DNA of 64,000 nt. Origin: Candidatus Zhuqueibacterota bacterium. Lineage in GTDB: Bacteria > Electryoneota > RPQS01. The stretch is taken from positions 2,971 to 66,970 of the forward strand of contig JACRMR010000013.1 of NCBI GenBank assembly GCA_016214895.1. Direction: 5' to 3'. Positions 38,383 to 47,944 of the stretch are shown here, one piece after another; within the stretch, counting starts at the first letter, position 1, and each line of letters opens with the position of its first letter. A model generated the notes under the pieces. That model was not told where the DNA came from, searched no databases, and saw nothing but the letters and a program-made list of their open reading frames with translations. Both the position numbers and the translations under genes were made by a program.

Positions 38383-39868
38383 GTTTCCGCGAGTCCTGTT
38401 TGTTACGTCGGAGGTCACGCCGTTCAGCAAAACCGGCGGCCTGGCCGATATCAGCGGCGCGCTGCCGAAGGCGCTGAGTCGATTGGGCTGCGACGTGCGG
38501 GTGTTGTCCCCCTTGTACGGCTGCGTGGACGGGGAGCGACACGCACTGGCGGTATCGGCAAACGGCGCTCAACCTTCTCTGACTATTAACGGCCGGGCGC
38601 TGCACGCCGAATTTGCACGCGCGCCCCGCCGTGACTCTGAACCGGATTTCTGCTTCCTGCGCTGTGACGCGCTGTACGACCGGCCGGGGATTTACGTCGA
38701 TCCCTTCAGTAATCAGGACTACGTGGACAACGACTACCGGTTTATCGCACTCGCCAAGTGTGCATTCGACCTGTGTCGGAGCGATCACTGGACGCCGGAT
38801 GTCCTGCAGTGCAATGACTGGCAGGCCGGTCTGGTTCCGCTCTACCTGTCGCAGCGGCGGCGGCGCGGAGAATTCGCGGAGAGTCGTGCGGTGATGACGG
38901 TTCATAACATGGCCTATCACGGTTGGTTCAAGGCGGATACTGTCGCTCGCATCGGCGACGCGGAAGCGTTGTATTTTCCGGGCGGACCGATCGAATTCTA
39001 CGGGATGGTCAATTTCCTGAAAGCCGGGCTCGAATTTGCCGACGGGCTGAGCACTGTCAGTCCCACTTACGCGCACGAGATCCAGAGCAGCTATGATTTC
39101 GGCTTCGGACTGGAAACCGTATTGCGGGGGTCGCCGCGACCGCTGCAAGGAATTCTCAACGGGATCGACACCGAGGTCTGGAATCCGGAGACTGATCCGC
39201 GCATCGCCGCCAACTTTGGCATCGGTACGCTGCCCTGGAAAGTGGAGAACAAGCGCGCATTGTGCGCCAAGGCCGGGTTTGAATTCAACGCCGGCGTCCC
39301 GGTATTCGCGGTGATTTCACGGATTGTGGGCCAGAAGGGTTTCGAGATTCTCGCGCCGCTCATCACGGAAATTCTGAGCTTGCCGGCGCAGTTCGTGATC
39401 CTCGGCAGCGGCGACCCGTACTACGAGCACATGTTCCACGAACTGGCGCGCGTGTATCCCGACCGATTCGCGGTGAAGCTGGCCTACGACGAAGATCTGG
39501 CGCACTTGATCGAGGCCGGTTCGGACATGTTCCTCATGCCGTCCAAATTCGAACCGTGCGGACTGAATCAAATGATGAGCATGCGTTATGGCACGATTCC
39601 GATTGTGCGGGTCACCGGGGGACTTGCCGATACCGTGATCGACGCCGACACGGATTTGTTGCACGGAACCGGTTTCCGTTTCTATGACTATACGAGCGGC
39701 GAGCTGATGCACGCGGTCGAACGCGCGGTTTCCGCCTATCAAGATGCCGACCGCTGGCGGAGGATCCAGCGTAACGCGATGAGTCAGGATTTCTCGTGGG
39801 ATCGGTCGGCAAGGCAGTATCTTCAACTGTATCAGGAATGCCTCTCTCAACCGCCGCGCGTGGCCTGA
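38360..39868 (+). CDS. glgA: glycogen synthase (GT5, ADP-glucose type)
   Basis: N-terminal SEVTPFSKTGGLADISGALPKAL and GT-B C-terminal domain. Overlaps the GGDEF gene 3' end by 23 nt. Confidence 0.9.
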   Translation: MSNRKRSEFPRVLFVTSEVTPFSKTGGLADISGALPKALSRLGCDVRVLSPLYGCVDGERHALAVSANGAQPSLTINGRALHAEFARAPRRDSEPDFCFLRCDALYDRPGIYVDPFSNQDYVDNDYRFIALAKCAFDLCRSDHWTPDVLQCNDWQAGLVPLYLSQRRRRGEFAESRAVMTVHNMAYHGWFKADTVARIGDAEALYFPGGPIEFYGMVNFLKAGLEFADGLSTVSPTYAHEIQSSYDFGFGLETVLRGSPRPLQGILNGIDTEVWNPETDPRIAANFGIGTLPWKVENKRALCAKAGFEFNAGVPVFAVISRIVGQKGFEILAPLITEILSLPAQFVILGSGDPYYEHMFHELARVYPDRFAVKLAYDEDLAHLIEAGSDMFLMPSKFEPCGLNQMMSMRYGTIPIVRVTGGLADTVIDADTDLLHGTGFRFYDYTSGELMHAVERAVSAYQDADRWRRIQRNAMSQDFSWDRSARQYLQLYQECLSQPPRVA

Positions 39869-40728
39869 GGGTCGCGCTCGGCCTGCTGGCGCTGCTGGGG
39901 AGCTGCGTAAGTTCCGACGCGCGAGACTGGAAGGTCATCCTGCCGAGTGAGTCGGTGACGCTCCGGGATCCGCGAGCGTTGTCAATCGGTCCGGACGATT
40001 TGCTCTATGTCGCCGATGCCGGCAATCAGCGTGTCGTCGCCGTAGATACGAGCGGGACGCTGATCGCGGAAGCCGGTGGGTTCGGGAATGGCAACGGGCA
40101 GTTCCAAAGTCCGGAGGACGTCGCGGCGGAGTGGGGTACCAGTGTCTGGGTATTGGACTATGGAAATCGCCGCATTCAGCGATTCTCCCGCTCGCTGAGC
40201 TGGCAGGCAACGTACGAAGTCCTGATCGATGACACCCAGGACCGACGCAGCCCCGCGGCGATTGCACTGGCGCCCGACGGCGACCTTATCGTCTATGACC
40301 GCGACGGTCAGACTTTGCTGCGCTACGATCCGGGGTTCTTTCCACGGGCCAGCTTCGACGGCGCTCGCGGTTATGTTGGCGAAGTTGCCTCGATGGCGTT
40401 TGTTCGCGGACACGGCCTGTGCTGGATCGAGCGCGGCGGCCATACGCTGTATCGTTGCGATGCCATGCTGAATCCTCTGCCGTCAATTGAACTGCCGCCC
40501 GAATACGGTGAGACCACACTGGCCGCCGCGGATAGTTCACTACTGACCGGCGCCCGCGGGTTTGTGATCCGGTGGCAAAGCAGCGCGCGACCCGCTGATA
40601 CGCTCTTTGATGCGCGGACAGTGATCGGCAAGGAAATTCGCACAATCACCAGCTTGGCGATGGCGTCGAGCGGGACCTTGTACCTGCTGGACCGGACCAC
40701 GGGAAGAGTTGTTCGCGTATCGCCCTGA
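39838..40728 (+). CDS. NHL-repeat beta-propeller lipoprotein
   Basis: Signal peptide with lipobox LLGSC (MPLSTAARGLRVALGLLALLGSC). NHL-type repeats (LYVADAGNQRVVAVD, VWVLDYGNRRIQRF, LYLLDRTTGRVVRV). The ATG at 39838 lies inside the glgA 3' end. Confidence 0.75.
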   Translation: MPLSTAARGLRVALGLLALLGSCVSSDARDWKVILPSESVTLRDPRALSIGPDDLLYVADAGNQRVVAVDTSGTLIAEAGGFGNGNGQFQSPEDVAAEWGTSVWVLDYGNRRIQRFSRSLSWQATYEVLIDDTQDRRSPAAIALAPDGDLIVYDRDGQTLLRYDPGFFPRASFDGARGYVGEVASMAFVRGHGLCWIERGGHTLYRCDAMLNPLPSIELPPEYGETTLAAADSSLLTGARGFVIRWQSSARPADTLFDARTVIGKEIRTITSLAMASSGTLYLLDRTTGRVVRVSP

Positions 40729-43700
40729 TTCCTCCGGAGTGAGACACCCGGCATCAAGCCTTGGCATCGGCTGTGCGATGGCGCTGCTGTTGATTGCACT
40801 GAACGCGCCGACCGCCTGCGCGATTCCGTCGCGAATCGGACAGGCGAGATTCGTGTCCACGGGTGCTACCGACACGTTGCTCACGCTCAGCGTGCCATGG
40901 ATTGAGATCGATTCCATTCAAGTCACGGCCCGCGGCCAGACGCTTTCCGAGTTTGAACGCTGGCGGCTGATTGAACCCGGCAACCGCATCTGGCTCTTCC
41001 GCCCCTTACCCCAAGGCGACACCCTTTCCGTTCGCTTCATCTATCGTTCGATCCCGCTCTATCGTCTCTACAGCCGACATGTCCTCAGCGAACTCGCCGT
41101 ATCTCATTCCCGCATCGGAGTAGCGGATAGCCTGCGGATCCTTCCCGGTTCGCGTTCGGGTCTTTCCGAAACGTCGGGATGGAGTCGCCTGAACAAGTCC
41201 GGTTCGCTGATCCGCAGTGTGCAGGTAGGCAGCGGCCAGGACCTCGCACTCGAGTCAGCCCTCAATCTCACGGTGCAGGGACGAGTCGGAAAAAACATCG
41301 ATGTCGTCGCGGCGCTTACAGACCAGTCCACACCAATCCAGCCGGATGGCACCACCGAAGCCCTGAACGAACTGGAGAAAGTCTTCGTCACCGTCAAGAG
41401 CCCGCGCATGAGCGCGACGGTAGGCGACTTCAACCTGGATCTGACCGGCGGCGACTACGACGACTATCATCGCAAGCTCACGGGGCTTAGCGCCGCGTAT
41501 CATGACTCGGTGGCAGTGGTTGCCGTAAGCGCGGCGACAAGCAAAGGACAGTTCTTTTCCAATTCAATCGCGGGTCAGGAAGCCAATCAAGGTCCGTACC
41601 CTTTGCGAGACAAGAACGGCAGCAGCGGAATTCTGGTCCTGGCCGGAACTGAGCATGTCTGGCTCGACGGCGAACCGATGCGACGCGGCGAAGGCAACGA
41701 TTATGTCATCGATTACAGCAGCGGCGAGATCAAGTTCACGGCCAAGCGAGTCATTACGTCGGCAAGCCGGATGGTAATCGACTTTGAGTACTCGAACGAG
41801 GACTTTGAACGCTCGTTCGTCAATCACCGTACAGGGGTTAGTGTCAAGCGCGGAGTGCTCACCACGGCGATCACGCTGATCAACGAAAGCGACAGCCGCG
41901 ATCGACCGGTCGGAACGTCGTTTACCGACGCGGACCGCGACGCACTACGGCTGGCCGGTGATCGCGCGGATGCGGCGGTCGTGTTCGCCGCGGATTCGCT
42001 GGGACCCGGTCGCGGTGACTATGTGCGCATCGACACCGCGGCCAACGCGGAATCCTATTCCATTTTTCGCTACTCAGAGCGCGATACCGCCGGCGCGCTG
42101 ACCGGACAATGGCAAGTCTATTTCGACGAGTTCGCCGTCGGCGCGGGCGACTATGAGGCCACGGCGGACTCGCGAGGGCTGACCTACTTCTACTGGGTCG
42201 GACCCGGCAACGGTCGATACCGGCCGTATCGGCGACTGCCGTTGCCGCGTCGATACGACTTCGGCGACCTGCGCGTGTCCACCCGACCCCTGGCGGGCCT
42301 CGACCTGTCGTTCGAGGGCGCGTTAAGCCGCAATGATCTGAATACGTTTTCAAGCAGCGACGATGAAGACAACGGCGGCACGGCGTTCTCGGTGAGCGGG
42401 GAGTATTCCCGGCAACGTCCGTCCATTCTGGGAGTTCGTCCGCGCAGCCTGTCCGTGCTCACCCGCATGCGCGGACGGAACGAGGACTTCGTCGAGATCA
42501 ACCGCGCACTGGAAACGGAGTTCGAACGCGAGTGGGACGCCAATCGCAACCAGGGAACACAGGAGTTGATCCGCGAGGCGGAACTCCGGTTGATGCCGAT
42601 CCATGCGGTGAGTTTCGCCGCCAGCTATGGTGATCTGCTTCGCCCGGATGTGCAGACTTCAGCGCGCCGGAAATTGAGCGCCGGCTGGACGATTGCCAAC
42701 GGGTGGCGGACATCGGCGAGTCACCTCGACATCCGCGCCGACGACTCGACGAACTCGCGGCAAAGCGATTGGATTCGGCAACGCGCTGCGATGGACGGGG
42801 CGATATCGAGATTCGCGCCGCGCGTTTCCGTCGATCGCGAGCGCAAGCGCGACGAACGTCGCAGCGGTTTGAGCGGTTTTCGGTTTGTTGACTACGCAAT
42901 CGGGTCGGCAGTGGATCTGGGATATCGGCTGAACGCCGACGCGCAGTTCTCGCGTCGGAACGACGAGGAGCTGACACCGGCGGACCGGTTTGAGAAGTCG
43001 TCCCGGGCCGATGATATGAGCGGCCTGCTGTCATGGCAGCCGCCGGAACTTGGCAGCGGCTCGCTGCGTTATACTCACCGCGAGAAGAGTTTTCCGGGTC
43101 TGGATTCCGCCGACATCGTGACAGACGTGGGACGCCTCGAAACGGTATTCGCGCCGCGGCGCAGGGTCGTGGAAGGAAACCTGATCTACGAGGCGGCGAA
43201 AACTCAGTCAGCGGATCAGATTCTGGTGGCGATTCAGGTTCCCGCCGGAACAGGAAGTTACCGGAAAGAGGGCGACAAATACGTTCCCGATGATCAAGGT
43301 GACTACATCCTCGTTCCGCGAAACACCGGTTCCTATCAGCCGGCCACGGATCTAAACCTTTCGGCGCAAGCTTCAATTCGCGCCGATGAGCTGGGACCCG
43401 CAGCGGCCGCCTGGATCCGGGCGCTGTCGAGTGAGACTGAACTGACGATCGAGGAACGCACACGGCTGCCATTGTCGGCGCGGATGGTGCTCTTGGATCC
43501 AACGCGCTTTCGCGGAGACTCCACGCTCTATGGCACGTTCTCGCTGCGCGAGGACTTACACGTCCTGCGCTTGAGCCGCAAGCGTTCGTTTCGCCTGCGC
43601 TACCGGCATGCGGAGTCGCTGCAGAATCAGTATTTGAACGGCGGTCAACGCCGGTCGCTCCGGGAAGCGGCCCTGCGCACGCGGATGCTGTACACGGAGA

Positions 43701-44167
43701 TCCTGCGCGGTGAGACCGAAATCGGTACTTCGACCGAGACGATCGGCTACGACAATGGAGTCCTGCCGGACCGGGACATCGCCCGGTTCGAACTGACTCA
43801 GAACAACTCGCTCAGCCTGACGCGGTTGTGGGAACTGGGATTGGATTTCGGCGCGCAGGAGATCCGCGACGAACAAACATCGACGCAGGCCAGTTTGCGG
43901 GACGTCAAGCCGCGCGCGACCCTGACCATGGCCGGTCGCGGCAGACTGGATGCCGAGTTCGCCTGGTCTCACGCCACTGCCAATCGCGAGAGCATTCCGT
44001 TTGAGCTCGCGCGCGGCGCCAACCGCGGCGAAAATTTTCGCTGGTCGGTCAGAGGCACGTACGCCTTCGGCCAGAACTTTTCCGCTTCGATCTCCTACAC
44101 CGGAAGGCGTGACGCGGGGGAGAGAGTAATCCATACGGGGCGTGTGGAGGCGCGGGCGTCGCTATGA
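40709..44167 (+). CDS. uncharacterised large secreted/outer-membrane protein (1152 aa), beta-rich, no recognisable family
   Basis: N-terminal signal peptide MALLLIALNAPTACA|IPS (probable true start 40778). No Cys after the signal and no internal hydrophobic helices. Amphipathic alternating patterns with Y/R/D/G-rich turns throughout. The C-terminus RVEARASL has alternating hydrophobics. The stop overlaps the start of the downstream Omp85 gene (ATGA). Confidence 0.6.
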   Translation: MFAYRPDSSGVRHPASSLGIGCAMALLLIALNAPTACAIPSRIGQARFVSTGATDTLLTLSVPWIEIDSIQVTARGQTLSEFERWRLIEPGNRIWLFRPLPQGDTLSVRFIYRSIPLYRLYSRHVLSELAVSHSRIGVADSLRILPGSRSGLSETSGWSRLNKSGSLIRSVQVGSGQDLALESALNLTVQGRVGKNIDVVAALTDQSTPIQPDGTTEALNELEKVFVTVKSPRMSATVGDFNLDLTGGDYDDYHRKLTGLSAAYHDSVAVVAVSAATSKGQFFSNSIAGQEANQGPYPLRDKNGSSGILVLAGTEHVWLDGEPMRRGEGNDYVIDYSSGEIKFTAKRVITSASRMVIDFEYSNEDFERSFVNHRTGVSVKRGVLTTAITLINESDSRDRPVGTSFTDADRDALRLAGDRADAAVVFAADSLGPGRGDYVRIDTAANAESYSIFRYSERDTAGALTGQWQVYFDEFAVGAGDYEATADSRGLTYFYWVGPGNGRYRPYRRLPLPRRYDFGDLRVSTRPLAGLDLSFEGALSRNDLNTFSSSDDEDNGGTAFSVSGEYSRQRPSILGVRPRSLSVLTRMRGRNEDFVEINRALETEFEREWDANRNQGTQELIREAELRLMPIHAVSFAASYGDLLRPDVQTSARRKLSAGWTIANGWRTSASHLDIRADDSTNSRQSDWIRQRAAMDGAISRFAPRVSVDRERKRDERRSGLSGFRFVDYAIGSAVDLGYRLNADAQFSRRNDEELTPADRFEKSSRADDMSGLLSWQPPELGSGSLRYTHREKSFPGLDSADIVTDVGRLETVFAPRRRVVEGNLIYEAAKTQSADQILVAIQVPAGTGSYRKEGDKYVPDDQGDYILVPRNTGSYQPATDLNLSAQASIRADELGPAAAAWIRALSSETELTIEERTRLPLSARMVLLDPTRFRGDSTLYGTFSLREDLHVLRLSRKRSFRLRYRHAESLQNQYLNGGQRRSLREAALRTRMLYTEILRGETEIGTSTETIGYDNGVLPDRDIARFELTQNNSLSLTRLWELGLDFGAQEIRDEQTSTQASLRDVKPRATLTMAGRGRLDAEFAWSHATANRESIPFELARGANRGENFRWSVRGTYAFGQNFSASISYTGRRDAGERVIHTGRVEARASL

Positions 44168-45903
44168 GAATGAGCATAATTCTGCTTTGCCTCCTGCGAT
44201 GTGTCGTCGATTCAAGCGCCGAGACGGCAGCCGTCGAGCGAATTCGGTGCTCCGGAAACCGGGTCTTTTCCGATGCCGAGTTGGTGCGAATGCTCGGCGT
44301 CGAGCGCGGACAGCAGCTTGACGCCGTTGCGATGGAAGCCGCGGGCAGCCGGCTGGTCGATTCGCTGATTGCCCGCGACCTGCTGTTTGCGCGAACCGAC
44401 AGCATCCGCGGCGAGCGCGGCAAGCGCGGCACGGTGTTAACGGTCTTTGTTACGGAAGGGTCCACGGCGGTTGTCGATGAACTGCATTGGGCGGGCGATT
44501 CCGGACGAGTAGCTGACGCGAATGCCGACCTGTTGCTGACGCGTGGCGCGTCGTTTCAATGGAGTCGTCTGCGTGCCGACTTGAATCGGCTCCTCGACCA
44601 GTTCACCTCCGCGGGCTATCCGTATGCGCGTGTCGAATTGGAACGCGTGGACGCGGACTCCACCGATCACACCGTTGATCTCTATCTGAAGCTCACCAGC
44701 GGACCGTTCACCGAGATCGAATTCGTCGAGTTCAGCGGATTGCGCGGGACCAGCGAGGCCTTCTTGAGGCGGTACCTGAGATTTCGGGTACCGGTTCCCT
44801 ACAGCGATGCCGCGGTCGCGCGGGGAAAGCGAAGACTGGCACGACTGGATTTTCTGCGGTCAGTCGGAGATCCGCGAATCGTCGTACGAGAGGATGGGAG
44901 CAGCGGTGTGCAGTTCCCGGTCGAAGAGGCACGCGCCACACGACTTGATGCCGTGGCCGGATATCTGCCCGGCGAGCAGGGTAAGAACGGGACGGTCAGC
45001 GGACTTGTCAACCTCGATTTCATCAATCTGCTCGGAAGCGGACGCAAGGGCCATGTGCACTGGGCGCGGCCCGATTCACGAACGCAGAGCGTCGAGATCG
45101 CCTATCGCGAACCGTGGGTGTTGAATTCGCCGCTCAGTCTGGCGGGCGATTTTTCGCAGCGGATCGATGATACGAGCTATGTCACGCGCAAGATGGGCGT
45201 GGTGGCGGACGCCGAGCTGGGATCGAATGTCGTCGTCACCGGAGCGGTTCGCTTCGAGGCTGTGTTGGTGGATTCGGCATCGGCGGTCCGTCTGGGGTTG
45301 GCGAACAGCAGTACCGTGGTGTTCGAAACCGGGCTGGCGATTGACACGCGCGATTTCCCGCCAAATCCACGGCGTGGATTCCGGTTCGCGACGACCGTGG
45401 GCAGCGGCACAAAGCGCCGCGAACGGCTGAATGACTCGTTGGATGCCGGCCGGTTCGGGGTGCGGCGCGTGAGTGCCGATGCCGAAGCCGTCGCCGAGCC
45501 GCTCCCCTACTGGGTAGCCAGTCTCGCCTTGCACGCGCGCGGGACGGAGAGTGATGAACCGGAAATCCCGGTTTCGGACATGTATCGACTGGGCGGAGCG
45601 CGAACCCTGCGCGGCTATCGCGAGGAGCAGTTTCAGGGTTCGCGGCTGGGCTGGGCGTCCGCCGAGTTGAGGTACTTGCTCGGCGAGGCATCGCGACTCT
45701 ATCTCTTCGCGGATGCCGGTGCGATCTACCGCGAAGTGCGGACGGCCAGCGGTCCAGCATCGTCGTCCCTGTTTCGGCCGGCGACCGGAGTCGGTCTGCG
45801 ACTCGAATCGACGCTGGGCACCTGGGGCTTCGATTACGGCGTCGGTCAGGACGACCGCGTGCTGAACGGCAAAGTACATTTTTCATTGTTCACAAGTTTC
45901 TGA
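44164..45903 (+). CDS. Omp85-family outer-membrane protein (POTRA + 16-strand barrel; TamA/TpsB-sized, 579 aa)
   Basis: Signal peptide MRMSIILLCLLRCVVDSSA|E. POTRA-like N-terminal region (IRCSGNRVFSDAELVRMLGV...). C-terminal bacterial surface antigen barrel ending in the beta-signal KVHFSLFTSF. Confidence 0.8.
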   Translation: MRMSIILLCLLRCVVDSSAETAAVERIRCSGNRVFSDAELVRMLGVERGQQLDAVAMEAAGSRLVDSLIARDLLFARTDSIRGERGKRGTVLTVFVTEGSTAVVDELHWAGDSGRVADANADLLLTRGASFQWSRLRADLNRLLDQFTSAGYPYARVELERVDADSTDHTVDLYLKLTSGPFTEIEFVEFSGLRGTSEAFLRRYLRFRVPVPYSDAAVARGKRRLARLDFLRSVGDPRIVVREDGSSGVQFPVEEARATRLDAVAGYLPGEQGKNGTVSGLVNLDFINLLGSGRKGHVHWARPDSRTQSVEIAYREPWVLNSPLSLAGDFSQRIDDTSYVTRKMGVVADAELGSNVVVTGAVRFEAVLVDSASAVRLGLANSSTVVFETGLAIDTRDFPPNPRRGFRFATTVGSGTKRRERLNDSLDAGRFGVRRVSADAEAVAEPLPYWVASLALHARGTESDEPEIPVSDMYRLGGARTLRGYREEQFQGSRLGWASAELRYLLGEASRLYLFADAGAIYREVRTASGPASSSLFRPATGVGLRLESTLGTWGFDYGVGQDDRVLNGKVHFSLFTSF

Positions 45904-45905
45904 GC

Positions 45906-47510
45906 GTGCGCCGCGGGGCGGATGCGCGCCACTCACTGTCACAACGTTTACCACTTCTTCCCTTGAAAAAAGAACTCATCATTAACTCCACGACAACCGA
46001 GTCGCGGCTCGCGCTGACGGAGGATGGCGTACTCGCCAACCTTTTTGTGGAGCGTCCGGAGCACGAACGCAACGTCGGCGACATTTACAAAGGCATCGTG
46101 CACCGCGTCATGCCCGGCATGCAGGCGGCGTTCATCGATATCGGCTGGGAAATCGACGGCTTTATTCACTTCTCGGACCTATTCCAATCCGCCGTCGATA
46201 TGGCGGAAGGCATGGAAATGGAAGATGTCTCGTTGCCCGAGAAGCGCCAGGGATTCCGGCGGGCCTACAAGCCCCGCGCCGAACTGAAGGCCGGACAGGA
46301 ATTGCTGGTGCAGATCATCAAGGAGCCGATCAGCAAGAAGGGACCCCGGTTGACGTCGCAAGTCTCGCTGCCCGGACGATTCCTGGTACTGGTGCCCGGG
46401 GATAATCTGGTCGGCGTCTCAAAACGAATCCCCGACTTCAAGGAGCGCAAGCGCCTCAAGCAGATCATCAAATCCCTGCAACCCGAAGGTTTCGGCCTGA
46501 TCTGTCGCACGGTTGGCGAAGGCAAGAGCGATGACGAAGTCAAGCGCGATCTGCGTACGCTGATGCGACTCTGGCAGATGATCCAGAAACGGATCGAGTC
46601 AACGCCCGCGCCGGTTCGCGTCCACAAGGAAGCACCGATCACATCCAGCATCATCCGCGACCTGTTTTCACCCGAGACGACGCGCGTGATCGTCGATAGC
46701 CGCAAGCTCTACCGCGAGATTAGAGCCTACGTGCGTTCCGTGGCGCCGCAACAGCTTGATTCGATCCAGTATTTCGACGGCGAAGAGCCGATCTTCGACG
46801 CGTTCAAGATTGAGTCCGAGATTGATAAGAGCCTGTCGCGGCGTGTGTGGTTCGGCGGCGGCAGTTATTTGATCATCGAGCAAACGGAAGCCGTGGTCAC
46901 GATCGACGTGAACTCCGGACGCTTCGTCGGCAAGGAACACCACGACGAAAACAATCTGCGCGTCAATCTGAGAGCTGTGCAGGAAATCGCGCGGCAGCTC
47001 AGACTGCGCGATCTGGGCGGAATCATCATCATCGATTTCATCGACATGATCGATGAACGAAATCGCAAGAAGCTCTTCGAGGCCATGCGCCAGGCGTTGA
47101 AAGATGATCGGGCGAAGTGGGACCTGGCGCCGATCAGTCAGTTCGGGATCATGGAGATGACGAGGCAGCGGACCAAGGACTCGCTCCTGCATACCTTCAA
47201 CGAGACTTGCCCGACCTGCGGAGGCTCCGGGATGGTCGTTGTCAAGGAGTCTGTCGTCACCCAGTTGCAATCCTGGATTCGGAGGTTCCGGGCACGGTCC
47301 GGTGAAATGGGACTAACTGTGAAGGCACATCCTGAAATCGTTGATTTTGTGACAAAAGGAGACAAATCTCATCTTCGTCAGATCATGTGGGATTCGATGC
47401 TCTACATCAAGCTGGAGCCGGAGCCGAGCCTAAGGTTAGATGAATTCAAGTGTTACAGCTGGAAACAGAAGCGAGAAGTCACCGATGACTTCCGCTCCGT
47501 GCCCGCTTGA
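45906..47510 (+). CDS. rng: ribonuclease E/G family endoribonuclease (RNase G-like)
   Basis: S1 domain (GDIYKGIVHRVMPGMQAAFIDIG), catalytic core (IIIDFIDM) and Zn-link CPTCGGSG. The true start is probably the TTG at 45963 (LKKELIINST). Confidence 0.88.
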   Translation: MRRGADARHSLSQRLPLLPLKKELIINSTTTESRLALTEDGVLANLFVERPEHERNVGDIYKGIVHRVMPGMQAAFIDIGWEIDGFIHFSDLFQSAVDMAEGMEMEDVSLPEKRQGFRRAYKPRAELKAGQELLVQIIKEPISKKGPRLTSQVSLPGRFLVLVPGDNLVGVSKRIPDFKERKRLKQIIKSLQPEGFGLICRTVGEGKSDDEVKRDLRTLMRLWQMIQKRIESTPAPVRVHKEAPITSSIIRDLFSPETTRVIVDSRKLYREIRAYVRSVAPQQLDSIQYFDGEEPIFDAFKIESEIDKSLSRRVWFGGGSYLIIEQTEAVVTIDVNSGRFVGKEHHDENNLRVNLRAVQEIARQLRLRDLGGIIIIDFIDMIDERNRKKLFEAMRQALKDDRAKWDLAPISQFGIMEMTRQRTKDSLLHTFNETCPTCGGSGMVVVKESVVTQLQSWIRRFRARSGEMGLTVKAHPEIVDFVTKGDKSHLRQIMWDSMLYIKLEPEPSLRLDEFKCYSWKQKREVTDDFRSVPA

Positions 47511-47567
47511 CAATTTCCTCAGAAAGCCGTATTTTAGAGGGCTTTACGAGAAAGGCCAATTTCCACC

Positions 47568-47882
47568 ATGTACGCAGTATTTAATGTGACCCCCGGCCGT
47601 CAGGTCAAAGCCGCCCCCGGCAGTACCGTGAAGGTCGATTATTTCGAAGAAGCCAAAGCAGGCCAGAAGCTGGTCTTCGATGAGGTGCTGCTGGTTTCTG
47701 ACGGAGCCGTGCCAAAGATCGGAGCTCCCTACGTCAAGGCCAAGGTGCATGCCACCGTCGTCGGACACGGGCGCAATCCCAAAGTTGTCGTCTTCAAGAA
47801 GAAGAAGCGAATCGACTATCACAAGCAGCGCGGCCACAAGCAGCACTTCACGACGCTGCACATCGACTCGATCGAGGCCTGA
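47568..47882 (+). CDS. rplU: 50S ribosomal protein L21
   Basis: [24 protein letters not shown]: L21. Confidence 0.95.
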   Translation: MYAVFNVTPGRQVKAAPGSTVKVDYFEEAKAGQKLVFDEVLLVSDGAVPKIGAPYVKAKVHATVVGHGRNPKVVVFKKKKRIDYHKQRGHKQHFTTLHIDSIEA

Positions 47883-47944
47883 GTCTTGTCAGCGGTCAAT
47901 CCGCCGCTGCTCCAGTTTCAAAGTATTCCAACCGCTTCCCTCCC

